A stretch of DNA of 64,000 nt, taken from contig JBPCIO010000005.1 in assembly GCA_051006215.1 (NCBI GenBank), positions 10,092 to 74,091 on the forward strand. Reading direction: 5' to 3'. A model generated the notes under the pieces. It saw nothing but the letters and a program-made list of their open reading frames with translations. It did not search any database and was not told the origin of the DNA. This document shows positions 9,646 to 19,350 of this stretch, in pieces. Both the position numbers and the translations under genes were made by a program. Every line of letters starts with the position of its first letter. The stretch's first letter is position 1. The DNA is from Chloroflexota bacterium. Its GTDB lineage: Bacteria > Chloroflexota > UBA6077 > CF-72.

Positions 9646-9990
9646 ATGTCGGACTCATTTAGCCAGTCCAAAGCCGATCAGGGCGTTATGGAACTGATCG
9701 TCGATCAGCTCGAGGAGCTGGTTGTCAGCATCATCGAAGAGATCCGCGAACGACCAATGGTCGCCCTGGCCATTGTCGCCGGTGTGGTCGGGGCGATCAT
9801 CGGCTCGGTCCTGGCTGGAGGCCTGGGTCGGCGGACTTCCCCCCCAGTGCACGTCGTTCGCAAGGCACGTGGGGTGTCGGAGGCAGCCGATTTAGCGGGA
9901 TTGGGGCTCAGACTGCTCCAGAATCCTATGGTCCGCGGGTACGTGCGTTCGATTGCCGAAGGCCAGCTCAAGAAACGCTTTTCCCGCTGA
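9646..9990 (+). CDS. DUF883 (ElaB/YqjD-like) membrane-anchored protein
   Basis: The internal ATG of ORF 9541..9990 gives MSDSFSQSKADQG...ERPMVALAIVAGVVGAIIGSVLAGGLGRR, matching the DUF883 C-terminal TM motif. About 50 aa of extension follow. Confidence 0.45.
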   Translation: MSDSFSQSKADQGVMELIVDQLEELVVSIIEEIRERPMVALAIVAGVVGAIIGSVLAGGLGRRTSPPVHVVRKARGVSEAADLAGLGLRLLQNPMVRGYVRSIAEGQLKKRFSR

Positions 9991-10070
9991 GGCACCCGAG
10001 ACCGCGGCCCGAGCGGCACACGCGAATTTAGAACACATGTACGAGGTGCTGGTACACTAACCCAGCACTC

Positions 10071-12869
10071 GTGGTTTCGGTTCCCACCGCGGACACACCC
10101 CGTCAGACGCGACTGGCCGTTCTGGTGCTAGTCAGCTCCAGCAGCGGCCATTTCGCTGCGCTCGCCTTCAACGGGGAAGCTACTGTCCAGCAGCTCGAGG
10201 GGCGCCCCGACCAGGTTCCGACCGCACAACTCCTGGCTGAGTTGGTCGACGGCGTACCGGTCATCACGGACGCGCCCAGACGCGCGATCGAGGTACTCAG
10301 CCGAGCCGGCGCACGGGTGCCAGTAGTGTGGGATGTGCTCGAACTTGCCTCACTGCTCGCGCCGGGCTGTCCGAGTGGCGGCTTGGATCGGGTCGCGCAG
10401 TTCTTCTCAATAGCCGTCACTGGATCCGGGCTGATGCCCCAGGCCCGGCGCGCGGTTATGCTGTTCGAGCTGCTGGGAACGTTGTTGGAGCAGCTCGACA
10501 CGCAGACCCTGCTCCACGTCACGCGCCTGGGACTCGGGCTGGACTGGCCGCTGCGGCTGGTATTCGCGGAGGCTCTCCGGCATCGCACACTCTCGGTGCT
10601 TGAAACAGGCGCCCTTGCGGCCGGCACGCCAATCGGCGCCTGGGTCGCCCAGGGGGCGCGTGGCCGTCGGCCCCAAGCAGCCAGCCCAGCGGCTACGCCA
10701 GCGCCGTTGGACCCGGCCGATGTCTCGCGCCGGCTAGCACCGGACGCCGATATCGCCCACCTGCTACCAAACTACGAGGCCCGGGACGAGCAAGTGCGCA
10801 TGGCGCAACTGGTGACCCAGACCCTCAACCAGGGTGGCCAACTGCTGTTAGAAGCAGGGACAGGCACCGGGAAGGGTCTCGCGTATCTTCTTCCGGCCGC
10901 GCTGCACGCGCTGAAAAATGGCCGTCGCGTGGTGGTCTCGACGGCGACGACGACACTCCAGGACCAGCTCTTTGAACGCGATCTGCCGCTGGTCGAGGCC
11001 GGACTGGTCGCTCAAGACAGTCAAACGAAGGAGCCGTTACGCGCCACCGTGTTGAAGGGTCGCGCCAACTACCTGTGCCTGCGGCGCTGGCAGACGATGC
11101 TGCATGCCGACGACCTTTCGCCGTCTGACCGCATGTTGTTGATCAAGACGCTGTTCTGGCTGCCGCACACCAGCACCGGCGATCGCGCAGAGCTGCATCT
11201 GACACCCGCCGAGGAAGAGTCCTGGCAGCGGGTAAGCGCCATCACGGAAGCCTGCACTCCACTGCGCTGCGCGTACCACCGAATCGGCGTGTGCTTTCTG
11301 GCACAGGCTAGACGAGCGGCAGAGGACAGTCACATCGTGATCGCTAATCACGCCTTGCTGCTGTCCGATCTGGCAAGCCGCAGCCGGGTACTCCCCGACT
11401 ACGACGTGCTGATCGTAGACGAGGCGCATCATCTTGAGGACGAGGCCACTCACCAGCTCGGCTGGCGCTTGGGTGAGCGCGAGCTGCTCAATCGGCTGGA
11501 TCGGTTGTGGAGCCCCGGCCCTGGTGAAAGCGGTGCTGTACGCGAGGCGGTTGGGCTCATCACCGCGTCGGGCGGCTTTCACCTGCACGCCGAGCTTCGG
11601 CTACTCCTGGAACGGGGCGAGCATGCAGCGCTGCAACTCGCATCGGCGATCCGCCGCTGCTTCGAGGCTCTGGTGCACCTCTTGGAGGATGCTGAGCAGC
11701 TCGGGGGTGGTGACGAGACGGCTGTGCGTATCACCCACGCTCTCCGGGCTGGGTCCGCCTGGCAGGCTCTCGAACAACAGTGGACGGAAGCCGTCGAACA
11801 GCAGCAGGTGGTCGAGGGCGTCATCGCTGAGATTTCCGCCGAGCTCGAAGCACTGCCCGGTGCGCTCGAGGCGGCGCGCGACCTGGCGGCCGAGCTGAGC
11901 GGGCATCTCGACTACTGGCGCGAGATCCGCCGCCGCTTGCGGGTGTGCATCCACGTGCCGGACCCGGCCGCCGTCCATTGGATCTCCGGCGGGGGCCGCT
12001 TTCGGTCGGCGTGGCTGAATGCCGCACCTCTGGGGGTAGCCAGCCTGCTGAGAGAGCGCCTATTCGCCATCCCCGAAGCGGCAATTCTCGTCTCGGCCAC
12101 GCTCGCCGTCGGCGGCTCGTTCGACTATATGAAGCGACGCCTCGGGCTAGACGAGGCAGGTGCAGAAGCCCTCGGCTCGCCTTTCGACTACGCCCGGGCC
12201 GCGCTGCTGTACGTGCCCAACGACCTGCCCGACCCAAATCAATCCGGTTACCAGGTGTTGATGGAGCGCACCATTCTCGAGGTGGTGACCCGGCTGCACG
12301 GCCGCACGCTGGTCCTGTTCACGTCCCGCGCTCACCTGCGAGCCACCTACCATGGGCTGCGTGAGCCCCTTGCCGGCCAGGGCATCAAACTGCTGGCGCA
12401 AGGCATCGACGAGAGCTCCCGAACCCGACTGCTGGAGGCATTCCGACGCGGCTCGCGCGTGGCGCTGTTCGGCACCAGTGCTTTCTGGGAAGGCATCGAC
12501 GTGGTCGGCGAGGCACTCAGCTGCGTCATGGTCACTCGTCTTCCCTTCGCCGTGCCGACCGATCCGGTGTACGCGGCACGCGCAGAACAGTTCGACGACC
12601 CTTTCAGCGAGTACGCCGTGCCGCAAGCGGTGCTGCGCCTGAAACAGGGCTTTGGACGTCTGATTCGGTCGCGCGCCGATCGGGGCGGCGTGGTAGTGCT
12701 CGACCGGCGACTGATTACCCGCTTCTACGGGCAGGTATTCGTCCGCTCGCTGCCTGCCTGCAGCGTACGCCAGGGGCCAGCAGCTCGAACCTGCGCCGAG
12801 GTCGGAGACTGGGTCACGCCTGACGCGAACTTCACAAAGACGACGTTGCTGCCAGCCGCTCCAGGATAA
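10071..12869 (+). CDS. dinG: DinG-family ATP-dependent DNA helicase (Rad3-like, Fe-S) with an approximately 250-aa N-terminal extension
   Basis: Carries Walker A TGTGKGLAYLLPA, DEAH (VLIVDEAHHLED) and a 4-Cys Fe-S cluster segment (CTPLRCAYHRIGVCF), with C-terminal helicase motifs. The true start may be downstream of 10071. Confidence 0.8.
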   Translation: MVSVPTADTPRQTRLAVLVLVSSSSGHFAALAFNGEATVQQLEGRPDQVPTAQLLAELVDGVPVITDAPRRAIEVLSRAGARVPVVWDVLELASLLAPGCPSGGLDRVAQFFSIAVTGSGLMPQARRAVMLFELLGTLLEQLDTQTLLHVTRLGLGLDWPLRLVFAEALRHRTLSVLETGALAAGTPIGAWVAQGARGRRPQAASPAATPAPLDPADVSRRLAPDADIAHLLPNYEARDEQVRMAQLVTQTLNQGGQLLLEAGTGTGKGLAYLLPAALHALKNGRRVVVSTATTTLQDQLFERDLPLVEAGLVAQDSQTKEPLRATVLKGRANYLCLRRWQTMLHADDLSPSDRMLLIKTLFWLPHTSTGDRAELHLTPAEEESWQRVSAITEACTPLRCAYHRIGVCFLAQARRAAEDSHIVIANHALLLSDLASRSRVLPDYDVLIVDEAHHLEDEATHQLGWRLGERELLNRLDRLWSPGPGESGAVREAVGLITASGGFHLHAELRLLLERGEHAALQLASAIRRCFEALVHLLEDAEQLGGGDETAVRITHALRAGSAWQALEQQWTEAVEQQQVVEGVIAEISAELEALPGALEAARDLAAELSGHLDYWREIRRRLRVCIHVPDPAAVHWISGGGRFRSAWLNAAPLGVASLLRERLFAIPEAAILVSATLAVGGSFDYMKRRLGLDEAGAEALGSPFDYARAALLYVPNDLPDPNQSGYQVLMERTILEVVTRLHGRTLVLFTSRAHLRATYHGLREPLAGQGIKLLAQGIDESSRTRLLEAFRRGSRVALFGTSAFWEGIDVVGEALSCVMVTRLPFAVPTDPVYAARAEQFDDPFSEYAVPQAVLRLKQGFGRLIRSRADRGGVVVLDRRLITRFYGQVFVRSLPACSVRQGPAARTCAEVGDWVTPDANFTKTTLLPAAPG

Positions 12870-14142
12870 CCCGCGGCGCTTCCACGGCGGTTGGTGAAAG
12901 CACCATAGCGCTACGCAGGGCGCGCTCGGCGTCTGGTAGTCGCGTTTCGTCGTTGGCGTGCAACGTTGCGATCGATTGCCCGCGATGGACAAAGTCCGCC
13001 ACTTTTGCGTTGAGCAGCACGCCGACCGCGAGGTCAATCGGCTCTCCCTTGCGTTCGCGGCCAGCGCCGAGTGCGATGCTCGCCCGTGCCACGCCCAGCG
13101 CGTCCAATTTGGCCAGGTAGCCATCCTCCTCGGCCAAAAGCTGGCGTTGTATGCGCGCAGTCGGCAGCCTGGCCCGATCGTCAAACGAAGCCGCATCACC
13201 TCCCTGAGCCACGACCATGCGCCGCAGGGTCTCGCGCGCCGAACCCGAACGCAGGGCACGCTCGACCTCGACGCGACCCACCTGGCCGTTGGAAGCCAGC
13301 CCCACGATCGTGGTGGCAATATCGAGAACAAACGCGGTGAAATCGGACGGCCCGTTGCCATCCAGTGTGTCCAGGGCTTCACTCACCTCGAGCGCGTTGC
13401 CGACAGCCCGACCCAAAGGCTGCGACATATCACTCACGACGGCTGCCATCCGGCGGCCAGCCGCGGCACCGATGTCGATCATCGTTTTGGCTAGAGCCAC
13501 CGCCGAATCGCGCTCGCGCAAAAACGCGCCGGAGCCGGTCTTGACGTCGAGCACGATCACACTTGCTCCAGCCGCGAGCTTCTTGGACATGATGCTGCTG
13601 GCGATCAGGGGAATACTGGGCACGGTGCCGGTCACATCCCGTAGCGCATACAGCTTGCCGTCCGCCGGTGCCAGGTCCGCGGACTGACCGCTGATAACGA
13701 TGCCGATCTCGCGCAGCTGTCGCACAAACGTCGCCGCGTCCAGATCAACGTGTATGTCTTTAAAAGACTCGAGCTTGTCGACCGTACCGCCCGTGAAGCC
13801 AAGTCCGCGTCCGCTCATCTTGCCAACCGGGACCCCGACCGCGGCGACGAGCGGCATGACTGCAAGCGAGGTCTTATCGCCCACGCCGCCTGTAGAGTGC
13901 TTGTCGGCCACCGGTCGGCCAATCGACGAGAGGTCAAGCTGTTCCCCGCTGGCAGCCATGACCTGGGTCAGGTCCGCGACTTCCGCAGCTTGCATGCCGC
14001 GCCAGCAGACCGCCATGAGCCAGGCTGCGACCTGGTAGTCAGGTACCTCCTCGCGCACGTAGCCGTCGATGAGCACTTCGAGGTCGTGGCGCGAGTGCGT
14101 GCCGCCGGCGCACTTCTTCTCGATCAGATCCACAATCCGCAC
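12832..14142 (-). CDS. pdp: Pyrimidine-nucleoside (thymidine) phosphorylase
   Basis: 436 aa with DKHSTGGVGDKTSL and a glycosyltransferase family 3 N-terminus. The 3' end overlaps the dinG 3' end by 38 nt (convergent). Confidence 0.85.
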   Translation of the reverse strand: MRIVDLIEKKCAGGTHSRHDLEVLIDGYVREEVPDYQVAAWLMAVCWRGMQAAEVADLTQVMAASGEQLDLSSIGRPVADKHSTGGVGDKTSLAVMPLVAAVGVPVGKMSGRGLGFTGGTVDKLESFKDIHVDLDAATFVRQLREIGIVISGQSADLAPADGKLYALRDVTGTVPSIPLIASSIMSKKLAAGASVIVLDVKTGSGAFLRERDSAVALAKTMIDIGAAAGRRMAAVVSDMSQPLGRAVGNALEVSEALDTLDGNGPSDFTAFVLDIATTIVGLASNGQVGRVEVERALRSGSARETLRRMVVAQGGDAASFDDRARLPTARIQRQLLAEEDGYLAKLDALGVARASIALGAGRERKGEPIDLAVGVLLNAKVADFVHRGQSIATLHANDETRLPDAERALRSAMVLSPTAVEAPRVILERLAATSSL

Positions 14143-14148
14143 AGCGGT

Positions 14149-15321
14149 CTAGCCTGCTACAAATTCGGCGAGCTCGTCGCAGGCAAGGGTGGCCGTCATG
14201 ACTGGCTTACCGGCACGCAAATAGACGCGCGGGGCACGGCTTCCAAGTCGCACCAGCAGCTCATGCGGAATAATGCCCGCCGACTCGGCGAACTCGTCTA
14301 GCGTAATCTCGTCAACGCCCTGGCGGCCGAGGACGACCACCTCATCGCCCGGCTCCACGTCGGGCACATGCGAAACGTCTGCCATGGCCATGTCCATCGA
14401 GACCGTCCCTATCAGCGGCGCCCGCTGGCCACGAATCAGGACCCGGCCCCGATTGCTGCAGGCGCGCGGCAACCCATCGGCGTAACCGCAAGCTATCAAC
14501 GCTACACGCATGGGGCGGAAGACTTTGTACGTGCGGCCATAACCAACCGAGGAACCGACCGCCGGGGTGTGGAAGCGCACAACCCGGGCTTTGAGGGCTA
14601 CCGCTCCGCGCAGCGACCCCACCCGCGGTACCCAACCCGTGGCGTAGGCCCCCGCTAGCGCGATGCCCGCTCGAATCGTGTCCAGCCCTGCGCCAGGTAC
14701 GCGAAGCGCGCCCGCGGAATTCGCGGCATGCTTCAGACCCAGGCTCAGGCCCTGGCTCTCGAGCTGCTGGCTGATGGCGAGAAAGCGCGCCAACTGCTGA
14801 TGCGCAAAGAAGGGATCCGCGTCATCGGCCGCAGCGAAGTGGGTATAAAACCCTTCCAGGTGCAGGCTGGGGACGTTCACCAGGCCCCGAACGATGGCCA
14901 TTGCCTCTTCGGGTGGAGCTCCGTAGCGGGTCATCCAGGTGTCGACCTTCACCTGCACGCCCAGCACCTGGCCGGCCGCGCCGGCCGCGTCCGCCAGACG
15001 TTCCACTGTGCCCCAATCGCTGATGCTGGGTGTCAGATTGCTGGCGACAACTTCAGCGCAATCGTCTGCGTCCAGTCCGCCCAGGAGCAGGATGGGCTGA
15101 CGAAAGCCGCCCGATCGAAGGCGGCGCGCCTCAGCCATGCGCGCCACCGCCACGCCACGTGCGCCCGCCTGAACAGCAGCAACGGCCACGGCCGAGGCCC
15201 CCATCCCATACGCCTGGGCTTTCACGACCGCGGTCACCCCCTCGCGCGGCTGAGCAGCGGCCTGGAGCGCACGGACGTTGTCGGCGATGGCGTCCAGGTC
15301 GACTTCGATCCAGCACAGCAT
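14149..15321 (-). CDS. alr: Alanine racemase
   Basis: 390 aa. The PLP-lysine motif AVVKAQAYGMG is present and the architecture is TIM barrel plus C-terminal beta domain. Confidence 0.85.
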   Translation of the reverse strand: MLCWIEVDLDAIADNVRALQAAAQPREGVTAVVKAQAYGMGASAVAVAAVQAGARGVAVARMAEARRLRSGGFRQPILLLGGLDADDCAEVVASNLTPSISDWGTVERLADAAGAAGQVLGVQVKVDTWMTRYGAPPEEAMAIVRGLVNVPSLHLEGFYTHFAAADDADPFFAHQQLARFLAISQQLESQGLSLGLKHAANSAGALRVPGAGLDTIRAGIALAGAYATGWVPRVGSLRGAVALKARVVRFHTPAVGSSVGYGRTYKVFRPMRVALIACGYADGLPRACSNRGRVLIRGQRAPLIGTVSMDMAMADVSHVPDVEPGDEVVVLGRQGVDEITLDEFAESAGIIPHELLVRLGSRAPRVYLRAGKPVMTATLACDELAEFVAG

Positions 15322-15358
15322 CGATCGAGAGTGTATCGGTCATAATCTTTGCACTACG

Positions 15359-16831
15359 ATGGCCACGCCACACATCGAAGCGAGCGGGCAGCTCCCGCCC
15401 AAGGACGCAAGCGACCCCGAAGCGTTTTCGCGCTGGTATGTCACCGCCATCCGACGCTCGGAGCTGGCCGACTACTTCGAGCCGGTCGGCGGCACGATGG
15501 TTATTCGCCCGTACGGCTTCAGTCTGTGGGAGAACATGCAGGCTGGGCTCGATACACGCTTCAAGGCCACCGGACACAAGAACGCCTACTTCCCGATGTT
15601 CGTGCCCGAGAGTTTCTTGCGCCGAGAGGCCAAGCACGTCGAAGGCTTCGCACCCGAAGTGGCCTGGGTGACGCACGCTGGTGGCGAGGAGCTGGAAGAG
15701 CGCCTCGCGATCCGACCCACCAGTGAGACGATTTTCGGCCACTTCTACTCGAGATGGATCCAGTCCTGGCGCGACCTGCCGCTGCTCATCAATCAGTGGG
15801 CCAACATCGTGCGGTGGGAAAAACGGACCGTTTTCTTCTTGCGGACGACAGAGTTCTTGTGGCAAGAAGGCCACACGGCCCACCGCCTGGCCAGTGAGGC
15901 TCAGGAAGAAACGATGCGCATGCTCGGCGTGTACGCCGATTTCGCCCAGACCGAGCTAGCGCTGCCGGTTGTGCTCGGCGAAAAAACAGCCGCCGAGCGC
16001 TTTCCTGGCGCAGAAGCGACGTACAGCATCGAAGCGTTGATGCCCGACGGCAAGGCTCTGCAGAGCGGCACGAGCCACTTCCTGGGCCAGAAATTCGCGC
16101 GCGCCTTCGACATCGACTTTCTCGACCAGGACGGACAGCGTAAGTTTGTATGGACCACGAGCTGGGGTATGAGCACACGCATCTTGGGCGGCATGCTCAT
16201 GATGCATGGCGATGACAGCGGCCTGGTGCTGCCGCCGCGGGTAGCGCCGGTGCAGGTGATCGTGGTTCCCATACCCACGCGCTCGGACGACGAAGCAACG
16301 CTGGTTTCGGAGGCGGTGGCGGGTTTGCTGAAGGAGTTGCTTGCCCGGGGCTTGCGCGCCGAGGCAGATTGGACAGATAAGCGGCCAGGCTGGAAGTTCA
16401 ACGAATGGGAGCTCAAGGGTGTCCCTGTGCGCATTGAAGTTGGCCCCCGCGACCTGCGCACCGATCAGGTAACCCTGGTCCGCCGCGACTCGCGAACGAA
16501 GGAGCAGGTCAGCCGGGCCAACGCGGCTGAGCGCGCGCAGGCGCTCATGGGCGAAGTGCATGTCGCGCTGTTCGATCGAGCGCTCGCGTTCCGTGAAGCC
16601 AACACCCACGTCGTAGACGATTTCCAGAGCTTCAAGCGCATCATGCGTGAGGGGCGCGGGTTCATCCGTGCGTATTGGTGTGGCTCGACGGACTGCGAGG
16701 GACGAATCAAGGAGGAAACACGCGCGACCATACGCGTCATCCCGCAGGATTCCGAAGCCGACGGCAGCGGCAGCTGCGTGTACGATCAGCGGCCGGCTGC
16801 AGGTCGAGCGCTGTTCGCGCAGTCCTACTGA
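15359..16831 (+). CDS. proS: Proline--tRNA ligase, archaeal/eukaryotic-type (no editing insertion)
   Basis: The internal ATG (MATPHIEASG...) avoids overlap with the alr start. Class II aaRS motifs and a C-terminal Zn-binding-like CxxC...CxxC region (CGSTDCEGR...) are present. Confidence 0.85.
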   Translation: MATPHIEASGQLPPKDASDPEAFSRWYVTAIRRSELADYFEPVGGTMVIRPYGFSLWENMQAGLDTRFKATGHKNAYFPMFVPESFLRREAKHVEGFAPEVAWVTHAGGEELEERLAIRPTSETIFGHFYSRWIQSWRDLPLLINQWANIVRWEKRTVFFLRTTEFLWQEGHTAHRLASEAQEETMRMLGVYADFAQTELALPVVLGEKTAAERFPGAEATYSIEALMPDGKALQSGTSHFLGQKFARAFDIDFLDQDGQRKFVWTTSWGMSTRILGGMLMMHGDDSGLVLPPRVAPVQVIVVPIPTRSDDEATLVSEAVAGLLKELLARGLRAEADWTDKRPGWKFNEWELKGVPVRIEVGPRDLRTDQVTLVRRDSRTKEQVSRANAAERAQALMGEVHVALFDRALAFREANTHVVDDFQSFKRIMREGRGFIRAYWCGSTDCEGRIKEETRATIRVIPQDSEADGSGSCVYDQRPAAGRALFAQSY

Positions 16832-16837
16832 GCCGCC

Positions 16838-17773
16838 ATGCCGCCGCGCCACTCTGAAGAAGAACAGGCCGACTTTGCGCACGCGCTGGTGTCGGTCGCC
16901 GAGCAGGGGCCGCTCTCGAAGCCAGAAGTCGACTCGCTGTCGATGCTGGAAGGCGCCGATCTGGCCAGGCTGCGTGAGGTCTGGGCGCCCCTGCCGGCCG
17001 GCGCCAGGGCGCGCCTGGTCGTTGCCCTGCGGAGCGCAGCGGAACAGCGCCTGCGGCTCGACTTCAGCGCCCTCAATCAGCTCGCGCTCGAAGACGCTGA
17101 TTGGCAGGTACGCCTAGCTGGCGTCAGGTCGGCTATCGAGGACCGCAGCCCGGCATTGCTGAAGAAATTGATCGAGCTGGTGACCTCCGATCCGAGCGTC
17201 GAGGTGCGCTTTGCGGCAGCCGAGGATCTGGCGCGGTTTACCTTGCTCGGCGAGCTCGAGGATCTCGAACCGCAGGCGACGACGGAGCTGAAGAACCGGC
17301 TCGTCGGTGTTATGCGGGATCACAACCAGGCGGCTCAAGTACGCGGATCGGCGCTGGCTGCGCTCGGGTACTTCAGCGACGCCGACACTGCACGCGAGCT
17401 GGCGGCTGGGTTCAGCGATCCAATCCTGCGCCTGGGGGCGGTGCGCGCCATGGGCCGCACTGCTGACCCGCGCTGGACGGACCGTCTGATGCCGGTGCTG
17501 GGTAGCGACGATCCGCAACTGCGGCTCGAGGCCGCGCGGGCGCTCGGGGAGTTGGAGGACGAGCGGGCGATCACCCCGTTGGTTGAGCTACTGGAGGATC
17601 CAGAGCCAGACGTGCAGCTAGCGGTCATCCAGGCGCTGGGCCAGATCGGCGGCGAAGAGGCGCGCGAAGCCCTGCTGTTCGTGGCCGAAGCGGCCGAAGA
17701 GCAGATCCGAGAAGCTGCCAGCAAAGCCCTGGAGGAGATCGAGGCCGCCGAAGCCGACCCCATGGACCTGTAA
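16838..17773 (+). CDS. HEAT-repeat (PBS-lyase HEAT-like) protein
   Basis: Repeated ~30-aa units of the form VR..A..ALG...D..A...L..LL.D.D..VR. The start is 7 nt after the proS stop. Confidence 0.65.
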   Translation: MPPRHSEEEQADFAHALVSVAEQGPLSKPEVDSLSMLEGADLARLREVWAPLPAGARARLVVALRSAAEQRLRLDFSALNQLALEDADWQVRLAGVRSAIEDRSPALLKKLIELVTSDPSVEVRFAAAEDLARFTLLGELEDLEPQATTELKNRLVGVMRDHNQAAQVRGSALAALGYFSDADTARELAAGFSDPILRLGAVRAMGRTADPRWTDRLMPVLGSDDPQLRLEAARALGELEDERAITPLVELLEDPEPDVQLAVIQALGQIGGEEAREALLFVAEAAEEQIREAASKALEEIEAAEADPMDL

Positions 17774-18256
17774 GTTGGCGCGAGTGGACGTAGGTAATAA
17801 GTCGCCTGCGCGGCTCGGCGCCGGGCCTTAGATTCCGAGGCCGCAAGATACCTCTTCGAAGAAGAACCTCCGAGCTGCGCGACGTAGCCAGAGCTGGTCG
17901 AATCTGGACGCCGCGACAAGGCTGCTCGGGCCTCAAGCACATCGTCAACGAGGCCGTCGTGCACGCTGTCTGGATAGTCACGACGCGACTGACTACGCGG
18001 ACTGCCGCTGGGCGCTAGAGACCTCCGAGTGGGGTCTGCGCATGCCTGTCCTCGGCTGACCTACGCCGACAGGCGACGGCGGGCTTTCCACGAGGCGGCC
18101 AACGCGTAACCATGGTGTATTCCTACAAATGGCATCGCGTGCCCGCGCGACGATCGGAGCGCGCCATGACAGCGGCGCTTGTGGCCCTCGGCGCAACGAA
18201 GCCATCCACACCACCACAAAGAGGAGTTGCTGGCGCCATGCCGCCGAACCTCGGCC

Positions 18257-19333
18257 CTAGTTGAGGGAGATGGGCTCCGGGACGGGGGTGATTTGCTGGC
18301 GGGCTTGGATCTCGTCCCAGAAGTGGCACGCCGCGAAGTGGTTGGGTTCGACTTCAAGCAGGGCGGGTTCCTTTTCTTTGCACACCTCTTGAGCGAACGG
18401 GCAGCGCGGGTGGAACCGGCAGCCTGACGGTGGATTCACCGGACTCGGCACATCGCCCGTCAGGATCATCCGCTGCCGCTTCCGCTCGATCGCCGGATCC
18501 GGGATTGGCACCGCGGACAGGAGCGCTTTGGTGTACGGATGCAAGGGCCGCTCGTATAGCAAGTCGCGCGTCGTCAGTTCGACGATCTTGCCGACGTACA
18601 TGACCGCCACACGGTCGCTGATGTGGCGAACCACCGACAGATCGTGCGCGATAAAGAGATACGTCAGGTTGAACTGTCCCTGCAGCTCCTCCAGCAGGTT
18701 GATGACCTGTGCCTGGATAGAGACGTCGAGCGCCGAAATGGGCTCGTCACACACGATAAAGCTTGGCTGCACCGCGAGCGCGCGGGCAATCCCGATGCGT
18801 TGACGCTGGCCACCCGAGAATTCGTGCGGGTACCGATTGGCGAAGTACGGATTCAAACCGACGATTCGGAGCAACTCCTGGACGCGCTCCTGCTTTTGCC
18901 GGCCGCGGGCAAGGTTATGAATTTCGAGGGGCTCTCCGACGATGCTACCGACGGTCATGCGCGGGTTCAAGCTGGCGTATGGGTCCTGGAAGATCATCTG
19001 CATCTGGCGGCGCATCTTGCGCAGCTCACCGCCGCCGAGGGTGGTCAGATTCTTGCCGAGAAAGTTCACCGTGCCGCCGGTCGGCTTGTAGAGCTGCAGG
19101 ATGGCTCGACCGGTCGTGCTCTTGCCGCACCCGGACTCGCCGACCAGGCCGAGGGTCTCGCCACTCTTGACCGTGAACGAGATGTCGTCGACGGCGCGGA
19201 CCCAGCCGACCTGCCGCTGCAGGATGATGCCCTGGGTGATCGGGAAGTACATCTTCAGATTCTCGACCCGCAGCAGCTCACCGTCGGCGGTGCCGTCCTG
19301 CGGAATCTGAATGGGACTCGCGCTCGTGGCCAT
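18257..19333 (-). CDS. oppF: Oligopeptide/dipeptide ABC transporter ATP-binding protein (OppF/DppF-like)
   Basis: Walker [10 protein letters not shown] and signature LSGGQRQR are present. The C-terminal oligopeptide-ABC extension carries Cys residues ([14 protein letters not shown]). Confidence 0.85.
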   Translation of the reverse strand: MATSASPIQIPQDGTADGELLRVENLKMYFPITQGIILQRQVGWVRAVDDISFTVKSGETLGLVGESGCGKSTTGRAILQLYKPTGGTVNFLGKNLTTLGGGELRKMRRQMQMIFQDPYASLNPRMTVGSIVGEPLEIHNLARGRQKQERVQELLRIVGLNPYFANRYPHEFSGGQRQRIGIARALAVQPSFIVCDEPISALDVSIQAQVINLLEELQGQFNLTYLFIAHDLSVVRHISDRVAVMYVGKIVELTTRDLLYERPLHPYTKALLSAVPIPDPAIERKRQRMILTGDVPSPVNPPSGCRFHPRCPFAQEVCKEKEPALLEVEPNHFAACHFWDEIQARQQITPVPEPISLN

Positions 19334-19350
19334 GGTGTTCTCGATGCCTC

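Noticed and set aside
12147-13382. A long (411-aa) ORF antisense to dinG and pdp. Similar long antisense ORFs occur at 15956..16882, 42728..43885 and 55898..57382.
   Set aside because: These are typical high-GC antisense artefacts. The translations are Arg/Ala/Pro-rich with no domain signatures, and the opposite strand carries well-supported genes.
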